A stretch of DNA of 64,000 nucleotides. Origin: the human T2T-CHM13v2.0 reference genome, Homo sapiens. Within the stretch, counting starts at the first letter, position 1, and the number at the start of each line of letters is the position of its first letter. The stretch is taken from assembly GCF_009914755.1 (NCBI RefSeq), contig NC_060941.1. One strand, given 5' to 3'. Below are positions 53,461 to 64,000 of this stretch, one piece after another. The translations under genes were made by a program, and so were the position numbers. Under the pieces are notes generated by a model. It was not told where the DNA came from. It worked only from the letters and a program-made list of their open reading frames with translations, and ran no database searches.

Positions 53461-55380
53461 GCAAGTAAACTTGGCTGACTGAAATAAAATGGTTTAAAAT
53501 AAATGTAAATTGCCACATGATTTGTTGGATAGTAAAACAGCATATATGATTATATCATTAATCACAATAAACACCATTCCTACCAATTATTGTTATATAT
53601 TTCACCATAAGACATTTATAGAAAAATTAACAGCATGCTGCCTCACCTTCTACCATGGCAAAATATTTCTAAAATAAACTAATTTTGAGTAAGAAGCATT
53701 TCAACTGAAAATGCTAAGAATGTTATAATTACTATATAATAATTTTTTAATCTTAGTGACCTCAGTCAGATGGCAGAAATAAAATTTTCTATGATCATCT
53801 GCCCATCGTGCATCAATTTTGACAACCACCCATGGGTAAGAGTATTTATGTGCGAGTCTGGGAATTCAGTGAAAATTTTCCAGCACACGATTAGAGCAAA
53901 AAAAAAAATCCAAGAATTGATGCATTGAATAATTCAGTCTGTAAAGACTGGAGAAGATGACTCTTTCTTCAAATGTAAAGATGCTAATGTAAGACTTCAA
54001 ACAACACACCTACAAATAAAATTAAAAGAAACTAAAAAACAAAAAAATTCCCCCAAACAATGAAGAAAACATGAGAAAACCAAAGGAACACAATGTTTTT
54101 AGTAACTGATCTCCCAAAAATGGAAATTTACAAATTACCTGACCAAAAATTGAAATAATTGCCTTAAGAAAGTTCAGTGAGCTGCCTGAGAACGTAGACA
54201 ACTCAGTGAAATCAAGAAAATAGTATACAAAAAATTGAGAAGTTCATCATAGATAAATCAAAAAAAATAGAACAAAGCAGAATGTTAAAATTGAATAACA
54301 CAATAAATGAAATGAAAATTGCAATAGAGAGCTTCAAAAGCAGACTTGATAAAACAGAACAAAAGTATTTATGAACTCAAAGATACGTCACTTAAAATTA
54401 TCCATTCAGAGGAGAAAAAGGAATGGATGAAGAAAGATTACAGGATTGAGGATATTATATTATGAAAAATAATATATGGATTTGGAAGTATCAGAAAGAG
54501 GAGAGAGAAAGAGATAGAAAGCATATTTAAAGAAATAATGGTTGAAAACTACTCAAATCCTGGGAAAGATATCAACATCTTGGAAGAGGTGGATCAAAGG
54601 TTCTCAAAAAGTTTTAAACCAAAGAGGACTTCACTGTTTCCCCTTATCATCAAACTGCAAAAATCAGAAGAAATAGAAGGTTTTCGAATGCAACAAGAGA
54701 ATAGGAACTTGCCACATATGAGGTAAATCTCAATAGGCTATTAAGAGATTTCTCAGCAGAAACCTTGCAGACCATGAGACAGTAGGACAATATGTTAAAA
54801 GCACTAAAAGAAAACAATAACAACAACTGGTAACCAAGAAAATATCCCTAGCAAAATTGTCCTTCAAAAATGAAGGAGAGATAAACACATCCTCAGACAA
54901 ACAAAAACCGAGAAAGTATACCACCACTAGACTTACCTTAACAAAATGCTAATGCTAAAGGGAGTTCTTCAAGATTGGTTTAAAGGATGCTAATTAATAA
55001 CATGAAAATATATGAAATTGAAACTCACTGGTAAAGGTAAGTATATAATCAAATTCAGAATACTTCAATATGGTAATCATGGTGTACAAACAATTTATAA
55101 CTCTAGTATAAAAGGTTAAAAGAAAAAAATAAACATAGCTATAACTACAAAAATCTTTATATGAATACTCAATATTACTTCAAAAACCAATTGTGGAGGG
55201 GGCTAACTTAAATAATATAATTGTTGATGTAATTGAATTTAAGTGTCAATGAGTTTACAATAAAGTGTTATATCTGTAAAATATTGCATATAGCCCCAAG
55301 ACAATTCCAAAGAAAAAAACCTACAGTAGACAAACAAAAGATAAAGAGTAAGGAATCAAAGCATCTTACTATGAAAAACT

Positions 55381-55664
55381 GGCCCAGCATGGTGGCTCAC
55401 GTGTAATCCTAGCACTTTGGGAGGTCAAGGAAGTTGGATTGCTTGAGCTCAGGAATTTGAAACCAGCCTGGGCAAGATGCCCAAACCCCATCTCTACTAA
55501 AAATACAAAAAATTAGTGAGGCGTGATGGCACATGCCTGTAGTTCAGCTACTCTGGAGGCTGAGGCATGAGAATCTCATGAACCTGGGAGGTGGATGTTG
55601 CAGCATACTCAAGCCTGGGCGACAGAACGAGACTCTCTCTCTCAAAAAAATAATAATAATAAAA
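55381..55664 (+). mobile_element. Old Alu (AluJ/early AluS-like) with a ~20 bp right-arm deletion
   Basis: ggattgcttgagctcaggaatttgaaaccagcctgggcaa; flanking duplication aaagcatcttactatgaaaaa / aaagcatatcactatgaaaaa. Confidence 0.9.
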
Positions 55665-58662
55665 GACAAACAACAAAAACCCAAAGCATATCACTATGAA
55701 AAAGCATCCAATTACAAAGCAAGATGGTAAATGAGAAAGAAAAAAAGGGACTACAAAATAGATGTAAAAGAATTAATCAAATGGCAATAGTAAGTCTTAA
55801 TAATAATTACTTTTACTTTAATTACTTTAAATATACTAACAATTACTATAAATTTACTAACTTCTCCAATCAAAAGACATACAAGCGGAGAATGAATTCT
55901 TTTTAAAAACATCCAATTGTATGCTGACTGAAAGAGACCTACTTTAGCTTTAAGGACACACATATAATGAAAATGAAAGCTAGACTAAGAAAAAAAGGGA
56001 AAACTCAAATAAATAAAATCAGAAATGAGAAAACAGACATAACAACTGAGAAGTACAAAGAATCACTGGAGACTATAATTAACAGTATGTCAACAAATTG
56101 GAAAACCTAGAAGGAGTGGATACATTTCTGGACACATACACTCCTGTCAAAGAAAATTCTAGGACCTGAGGGTTTTACTGCTAAATTCTACCAAACATTT
56201 AAAGAAGAACTGATACCAATTCTTCTCTAATTCTTAAAAAGAAATTCAGGAGGAGAGAGCACTGTCAAATCTATCCTGTGAGGCTCACATTGCCCTGGTC
56301 CAAAAGCAGATAAGGACATAACACACACACAAAAACTACAGCCAGTGGTCCCTAATGAACATAGATGCAAAAATCCTCAACAAATGATCCTCAAACTGAA
56401 TTCAAAACACATTAAAAAGATCAAAAGATCATTTGCCATGATGAAGTGGAATTTATGCCTGGGATGCAAGAATGGTTCAACATAAACAAATCAATCTAAG
56501 TGATATATGACACTAACAGAACAAAACAAAATGGAGAACCAAACATATGAACAAATATATGGAAAAAAAAACACATGATCATGTTAATAGATGATGAAAT
56601 AAGTATTTAATAAAATTTAACATCTCTTTACGATAAAAATCCTCTATAATCTGAATATAGAATGAAAATACAGCAAAATAATAAAGACTACCTACGTCAA
56701 ACTCACACCGAATATAATACTGAATGGGCAAAAATTAAAATAATTTTCTCTACAATCTGTAATGAGACAGGATGCCCAGTTTTATCACTTTAATTCAACA
56801 AACTACTGGATATTGTGGCCAGAGCAATTAGGCAAGAGAAAGAAGTAAAAGGCATGCAAATTGCAAAGAAGAAGTCAAATTAACCTTGTTTAGAGATGAC
56901 ATAATCTTACATTTAGAAAAGCCTAAAGACTCCACCAAAAAATGGTGAGAACTGAAATGAACTCAGTAAAGTGGCAGGACACAAACCTAACATACAACAA
57001 TCAGTAACATTTATATACACCAATAGCCAATGATCCTCCCCACAAAAAAAAATCAAGAAAACAATCCCATTTATAAAAGCTACAGGGAGTATAAAATAAC
57101 CTAAAATCAATTTAACCAAAACATAAAATGTCTATAAAAATAAAATTCAAAACACACTTGAAAAGACAGGGGAAAAAAGTGTTTCATGCTTATGGATTAG
57201 AAAAATTAATATTTTGAAATTGGCAATACTACCCAAACAATTTGTAGATTTAATGCAATATCTATCAAAATACTAATAAAATTTTTCAGAAAAATTGAAA
57301 AAAATTGTGAAATTTGTGTGGAACCACAAAAGACCTGGAACAGCAAAAGCAATCCTGAGTCAAACAAATAGAACTGGAAACATCACATTACCCGACTTCA
57401 AAATATACTACAAAGCTATAGTAACCAAATCAGTGTGGCCCTGGCATAAAAATGGACACATAAGTTAATGTAACAGAATAGAGAACCAAGATATAAATCC
57501 ACACATTTATAGTCAACTCATTTTTGACAAAGGTGCCATGAACATATGTTGGGCAAGGGACACACTCTTGAATAAATAGTGCTATGGAAACTGAATAACT
57601 ACATGCAGCAGACCCCTACATCTCACGATATACAAAAATCAAAAATGGATTATATACTTCAGTATAAGACTTGAAACTATGTAACTACTAGAAGAGAACA
57701 TTGGGGACATTCCAGGACATTGATTTTGGCAAATAATTACTTTTAGAACCTCAAAACACAGACACAGAAGCAAATATAGACAAATATGGTCACATCAAAA
57801 TAAAAAGTTGCTGCACAACAAAGGAAACAAGAAAGTGAAGCAGCTATTCACAGAATTGGAGAAAATAGTTTCAACATATCTATCTGACAAGGGATTAATA
57901 AGGGGAATATATAAGAAGCTCATACAACTTAATAGCAAAAATATAGTCTGATTAAAATGGGCAAAAAATCTGAATGGACATTTCTCATGTAAGTGGTCAA
58001 CAGATATATGAAAGAAATACTCAACATCATTAATAATTTGAAAAATGCAAATCAAAATAACAATAAGATATTATTTCATCCTAGTTAGAGTAGCTTTTAT
58101 CCAAAATACAAAAAAAATTAATGAATGCTGGTAAGGATGTGGAGAAAGGGAAATTCTCATACACTGTTGGAAGATATCTAAATTAGGACAGCCACTATGG
58201 AAAACACTACATAAGTTCTTCAAAAAACTAAAAATAGAACTGCCATAAGATCCAGCAGTCACATTGCTGGATGTATTTAAAATAAAATCAATATTAAAGA
58301 GATATCTGTCCCCCTATGTATATTTCAACTTTATTCACAATAGCAAAAATATGAAATCAACCTAAATGCCCATGAATAGATGAATAAATAAAAAAGTGAT
58401 TTATGTATTTGTTTGTGTACATATAAATATCACATTTCTTCATAGATATCTATGAAATATTTATATTTCTTCATACAGGTATACCACATTTACATACTGA
58501 TATGAATTGGCTCTGTGTCCCCACCTAAATCTCACCTTAAATTGAAGTTTCCATAATTCCCACGTGTCATGGGAGGGACCTGTTGGGAGGTAATTTAATC
58601 ATGGGGTTGGTTATCCTCATGCTGTTCTTGTGATAGTGAGTGAGTTCGCATGAGTTCTGAGG

Positions 58663-59154
58663 TGTGGGAGTTCAGTCAGTCTGGTGGGAAACATTTTAAA
58701 GATAGTTAGAGAAATACACATAAATCTTGGAAGGCCAGAGGGTTTGCATAAGCTCCAGTAATAGATCTGGCTGAAGGCAGCCTAACCCGTAACTTGAGTA
58801 AATAGTTTAAGGCAGGTACAAAGGAATGTAAGGGAGTTTATCTAAATAGCTTGCCTACTCATGTGGCCCTAAGACTAACCTTTGATTATTCATGGGCAGG
58901 ATGGCTCTCTCAGGGGGAGGGCAACAAAATTAGTTACCCACAGGTGTGCTGACTCAAAGCCTTTATCATTTAAAGTGTGCTGAATAAATGCCGGCAGGGT
59001 CAGCTAGTCAGGACTGCGACTGCTACTCTTTACAGCACCTTCCTCGGTGTTTGTGAGGGGCCTGGACTCTTAGCCAGACTGACAGGCAGAATATCTGTGT
59101 CAGTGTACATTATTCATCTGTGGTTCGGTCAGAGTCTGCGGGACGGACCCCTGA
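58663..59154 (+). mobile_element. Solo LTR22-like (HERV-K22/HML-5) LTR
   Basis: tgtgggagttcagtcag...ggtgggaaacattttaaagatag...gtttatctaaatagcttg...aataaatgcc...gtctgcgggacggacccc; ~490 bp interrupting the THE1 LTR at gagttctga. Confidence 0.78.
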
Positions 59155-59747
59155 CTGACAGTTTCATGAGGTTCTTTTCCCTGTTTTGCTCGACACTTCT
59201 CCTTGCTCCCACCGTGTGAAGAAGGACACGTTTGCTTCCCCTTCCGCCATGATTGTAAGTTTCCTGAGGCCTCCCCAGCCATGATGAACTGTAAGTCAGT
59301 TAAACCTCTTTCCTTTAAAAATTACCCAGTCTGAGATATGTCTTTATTAGCAGTGTGAGAATGGACTAATACAGTAAATTGGTACCAGGTAGTGGGGTGC
59401 TGCTGTAAAGATACCCAAAAATGGGGAAGTGACGTTGGAACTGAGTAACATGCAGAGGTTGGAACAGTTTGGACGGCTCAGAAGAAGACAGGAAAATGTG
59501 GGGAAGTTTGGAACTTCCTAGAGACTTGTTAAATGGCTTTGACCAAAATGCTGATAGTGATATGGAGAATAAAATCCAGGCTGAGGTAGTCTCAGATGGA
59601 GATGAGGAACTTGTTAGGAACTGGAGCAAAGGTGACTCTTGTTAATGCTTTAGCAAAGAGAGTGGTGGTATTTTGCTCCTGCCCTAGAGAGCTGTGGAAC
59701 TTTGAGCTTGAGAGAGATGATTTAGGGTATCTGGCAGAAAAAAAATT

Positions 59748-60054
59748 CTTTCTTTCTTTTTTTTTTTTCTTTTTAGACAGAGTCTGACTCTGTCACCCAC
59801 GTTGGAGTCAATGGTGCAATCTCGGCTCACTGCGCCTCCGCCTCCCGGGTTCAAGTGATTCTCCTGCCTCAGCCTCCCAAGAAGCTGGGACCACAGGTGT
59901 AAGCCACCAAGCCCAGCTGATTTTTCTATTTTTTGTAGAGACAGAGTTTCACTACTGTGGCCAGGCTGGTCTCGAAACTCTTTACCTCAAGTGACCTGTC
60001 TGCCTCGGTGTCCCAAAGTGCTAGGATTATAGGCCTGAGCCATAGTGCCCTGCC
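59748..60054 (-). mobile_element. AluS (Sz/Sx-like), full length, inside THE1-int
   Basis: Complete Alu on the - strand; TSD ~tggcagaa(a/t)aaatt on both sides. Confidence 0.93.
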
Positions 60055-61664
60055 TGGCAGAATAAATTTTTAAGCAGCAAAGTGTTCAAGAGGAAGCAGA
60101 GCATAAAATTTTGGAAAATTTGCAGCCTGATGATGTAATAAAAAAGAAAACTTTATATTCTGGGGAGAAATTCACACCAGCTGCAGAAATTTGCATAAGT
60201 AATGCGGAGCAGAATGTTAATCACCTGTGCGGCCCCTCTCATCACAAGTCCCTCACACCACAGCACAGCAGCCCCTCCCATCACAGGTCTGGAGGCCTAG
60301 GAGGGAAAAAATGTTTTCATGTGCTGGGCCCAGGATCCCTCTGCTTTATGCAGCCTTGGAACATAGTGCCCTTCATCCCAGCTGCTCCAGCTCCAGAGGT
60401 GGCTTAAAGGAGCCAACATATAACTCAGAATGTTGCTTCAGAGGGTGCAAGCCCCAAGCCTTGGTGGCTTACATGAGGTGTTGGGCTTGCAGGTGCACAG
60501 AAGTCAAGAATTGATGTTTGAGAAGCTCCACTAGATTTCAGAGGATGTATGGAAATGCCTGGATGTTCAGGCAGAAGTTTGCTGCAGGGGCAGAGCCTTA
60601 TGGAGAACATCTGCTAGGGCAGTGCAGAAATGAAATGTGGAGTTGGAGCCCCGACACAGAGTCCCCATTGGGGCACTGCCTAGTGGAGCTATGAGAAGGG
60701 AGCCACTGTCCTCCAGGCCCTAGAATAATAGATTGATCGACAGCTTGCACTGTGCACCTGAAAAAGCCATAGACACTCAATGCCAGCCCATGAAAGCAGC
60801 TGATAGGAGGCTGCGCCCTGTAAAGGCACAGTAGCAGAGCTGCCCAAGGCTTTGGGAGCCCACCTCTTGCATCAGCATGCTCTGGCTGTGAGAGTTAGAG
60901 TCAAAGGAGATCATTTTGTAACTTTAAGGTTTGATGACTGCCCTATTGGATTTCAGTCTTGCATGGGGCCTGTAGCCCCTTTGTTTTGGCCAATGTCCCA
61001 CATTTGGAACAGGTGTATTTACTCAATGCCTGTACCCCCATTGTACCTAGGAAGTAACTAACTTGCTTTCGATTTTATGGGCTCATAGGCAAAGGGACTT
61101 GCCTTGTCTCAGATGAGATTTTAGACGTGGACTTTTGAGTTAATTTGGAATGTTGAGTTAACTTGGAATTTTGAGTTAATGCTGAAATCAGTTAAGACTT
61201 TGGGGGATTGTTGGGGGACTGCTGGAAGAGCATTACTGTGTTTTGAAATGTGAGGACATGAGATTTGGGAGGAGCTGGGGTGAAGTGATATGGTTTGACT
61301 CTGTGTCCCCACCTAAAAATGAATTCATATATGAATTGTATGTGTCATATAATCTCCATGTGTTGTGGAGGGACCTGGTGGGAGGTAATTTAATCATGGG
61401 GTCAATTACCTTCATGCTGTTCTTGTGATAGTGAATGTGTTCTCATGAGTTCTGATGGTTTCAGAAGGGGCTTTTTCACCTTTTGCTTGGCAGTTCTCCT
61501 TCCTGCCACCATGTGAAAAAGGGCATGTTTTCTTCCCCTTCCACCATGATTATAAGTTTGCTGAAGCCTCCACATCCATGCTGACCTGTGAGTCAATTAA
61601 ACCTCTTTCCTTTATAAATAGTCTTGGGTATGTCTTTATCAGCAGTGTGAGAATGAACTAATGC

Positions 61665-61666
<2 letters not shown>

Positions 61667-61712
<46 letters not shown>

Positions 61713-61984
61713 TCCACATTTATAAACACACACACACAGACACAGACACATATATGTGATACACCAGGAGAGTCCAATCTTTTGGCTTTCATGGACCACA
61801 TTGGAATAAAAATTGTCTTGGGCCACACATAATATACACTGACAGTAATGATAGATGATGAGCTAAAAAAAAAATTGAGAAAAATCTCATAGTATATTAA
61901 GAAAGCTCAAATTTGTGTTGAGCTGCATTCAAAGCCATCCTTGGCCACATGAAGCCTGTGGGCTTTGGGTTGGACAGGCTTGTG

Positions 61985-62015
<31 letters not shown>
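61667..62015. repeat. (CA)n tracts (61667-61704, ~61726-61750, 61987-62015) flanking MER30
   Basis: Directly visible. Confidence 0.9.
61765..61982 (+). mobile_element. MER30 (hAT-Charlie) DNA transposon
   Basis: caggagagtccaatcttttggc...gggttggacaggcttg; exact 8-bp TSD tgatacac (61757-61764 / 61983-61990), as expected for hAT elements. Confidence 0.92.
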
Positions 62016-62019
<4 letters not shown>

Positions 62020-62559
62020 CTTATTCAGTTGCAACAATTGAAATGATGTCTTTTAATCATGGGGTGGTGATGGATGGATGGAACAAGAGGTCATTAGGTT
62101 AAGCAAAATAAACCAAGAAAAGAAAAAGGAAGTCACATGTTTTCACTCATATGTAGAAGCTAAAGACATGAATCTCATTAACATACAGAGTAGATTGGTA
62201 GGTACCAGATGACAGCAGGTGGAGGTGGGAGGGGAGAATGAAGAGAATTTGATCAATGGTTAGAAATATAAAGTTAGGACAAATAATACCTGCTGTTATC
62301 TATATCACTAGGGTGACTATAGTTAACATTAATCTATTGCACATTTCAAAATATCTAGAAGAAAATAATTCAAACGTTCCCAGCATAAAGAAAAGATAAG
62401 TAGTTAAAGTGATGGATATCCCAAGTACCCTAATTTGATTATATTAATGCATTCATTCATTTTATGTACCCCCAAAGATGTACATCTAATATTTGTTAAC
62501 TAGGCTAAAATATTTTGCACAGATAAATTTAATAGGCTTTGAGCTTGCCATTCAAAATC

Positions 62560-63190
62560 ACAAAACACATAAGCAAACTAGCCAATGTGACTAAGAGTCA
62601 TCAAACATAATGGCAGAATCAGACTTGTGTAGATATTAAAATTTTGTGAAAGAAAATATTAAATGTTTGATATGTCCAAAGAAATAAGAGAGTACATCAA
62701 AATATGTATAAGAAATAAATGATTTCAAAAAGTCTACAGATTTGGAAAAAAAATTAACCTTCTAGAAATGAAGACAAACTATAATAGAATTCAGGTACTC
62801 AGTTGAAGTATTAAAGAGGAAGTTTGACAAAGTCAAAAATAATTAGTAAACCAGTATATATAGAAAAAAGCTAATTCTGAATATAGCAAAGAGAAATGAA
62901 ATTTAAAATATTAAAGAGAAATAACGAATTCCAAATGGTAGAATAAAAATATATGAAATTCAAACTGGGTTTCCAGATGAGAGAAAGGAAAGGCACAACA
63001 CTTGAAGAGATATTTGCTGATTGTTTACCACAATTGATGATACACATAAATATGTAGATTCAAGAAGTCTCGTAGATACCAACCAATCAAAATAAATAAA
63101 TATTTCCACATCCAGATTGCAGTATAACTACACACCACCAAAGTCAATGATAAAGTCACGTTATCTACAAAAAGGGCTATAAATCTTCTA
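62560..63190 (+). mobile_element. Old L1ME/HAL1 ORF1-like fragment
   Basis: cttctagaaatgaagac; cttgaagagatatttgctgattgtttaccacaattgatga; gtagattcaagaagtctc. Confidence 0.5.
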
Positions 63191-63199
63191 AAAATAAGA

Positions 63200-63540
63200 A
63201 AAAAATTATTAGAGAAGCATTCATAGCATGTGAGAAACATCTGGGCTGTAAGCATGTAGAAGTATAATGCAAATACCTGGTGAAATAGTTTTCCAGGCAG
63301 ATAAAATGTAATGTGCAAAAGTCCTTGGAAGGGAATCCATTAAAGAATAGCAAGGTAGTGTGACTGGAATCCAGCTGAGGAGAATTTGGAGAGGTATAAA
63401 ATGAGGTCTGTGCCCTAGCTAGAGGCCATGTCACTCACTCTGTTGTCATCTAGAGTAAGTACTTTGGTTTTTATGCAAAAAAAAAAAAAAAATGAGAAAT
63501 GTTCATAGAGCTGAGAGCAGTTATACCATTACAGATTTTT
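63200..63540 (-). mobile_element. L2 fragment
   Basis: ttccaggcagataaaatgtaatgtgcaaaagtcct...gaatagcaaggtagtgtgactgga. Confidence 0.5.
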
Positions 63541-63549
63541 ATTTCGGTA

Positions 63550-63930
63550 TGTTTATGTGAGTTGTTTAAGCTACTTTAACTGCTGTACTAAGTAGGCCCC
63601 AGTAATAGATTATGTTTTGCTTCAATGTAAAGCTCAAAGTGTCTCCATGTTGGTGAGATTCAGGTTTGCAGGGACTCTATCATTATCAAAATATGTCTTC
63701 CAAAATCACCTAGGTTTTATCCTACAATTGGAAGAAAAATGAAAGATTGAAAGATCTCTTGTGGAAATATCAGTGAATCAAGAATAAAAATATCATACTA
63801 TTCATGACCCAGCGTAGTGGCTAAAACCTTATCACAGTGCCATATCTGACTGCAAGGAAGGTTAGGGAATGTGTTCAGCTGTGTGCCCAAGAACAATTAC
63901 CCAAAGATTATTTTAACATTTCTAACCATT
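63550..63930 (-). mobile_element. MLT1-family (I/J/K-like) LTR
   Basis: ccatatctgactgcaaggaaggttagggaatgtgttcagctgtgtgcccaagaa. Confidence 0.55.
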
Positions 63931-64000
63931 GTTGAATATTAACTAATAAATCATTCGATTTAAAACATTTCAACTTTCCTATATTTTACAAAGTGCTCAA

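Larger units (their letters stand above)
58498..61665 (+). mobile_element. THE1C/D-like provirus: 5' LTR 58498-59373 (split by LTR22), internal 59374-61285 (split by an Alu), 3' LTR 61286-~61665
   Basis: tgatatgaattggctctgtgtccccacc...ggactaataca, followed by gtaaattggtacc (start of THE1-int); second LTR tgatatggtttgactctgtgtcccc. Confidence 0.93.
53755..62500 (+). mobile_element. L1MA-family element (5' remnant, ORF1, deleted ORF2, 3' UTR) hosting an Alu, a THE1 provirus and MER30
   Basis: ORF1 remnants (gcagaaaccttgcagacc; ccttcaaaaatgaaggagagataaa); ORF2 from ~55780 (atggcaatagtaagtc) to ~58400; 3' UTR resumes at ~62020 (agggtgactatagttaac...gtgatggatatccc). Confidence 0.88.

Overview
AT-rich, CpG-poor primate (human-like) genomic DNA made up mostly of interspersed repeats. 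It carries three long, internally deleted L1s (an L1MA on the - strand at ~24.9-31.1 kb, an L1PA15/16-like element on + at ~42.8-49.7 kb, an L1MA on + at ~53.8-62.5 kb) and many shorter L1 fragments. It also has three THE1 (ERVL-MaLR) proviruses, two solo THE1 LTRs, several other solo LTRs (LTR22/HML-5-like, MLT1, ERVL-like), about 10 Alus, MIR/L2/CR1(L3) relics, the hAT elements MER58A and MER30, and microsatellites. I can support no protein-coding exon, RNA gene or CpG island. The supplied ORFs that I can place are repeat-derived or low-complexity, and the rest are short and unrecognisable, so this looks like deep intronic or intergenic DNA. I did not find a new biological system. The best observations are: (1) an old ~3.1-3.3 kb inversion bounded by a ~160 bp inverted duplication (37766-37924 vs 41066-41232), with a perfect 26-bp palindrome at the right breakpoint, that splits one L1ME into opposite-strand halves; (2) a ~1 kb very ancient CR1-class reverse-transcriptase fossil at ~9.3-10.3 kb; (3) recurrent hairpin/template-switch scars at the same position in two different L1s; (4) a multi-layer transposon nest; (5) three intact DUX4 motifs in + strand THE1 LTRs. 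Subfamily names come from recalled consensus sequences, and the boundaries of old elements are approximate.
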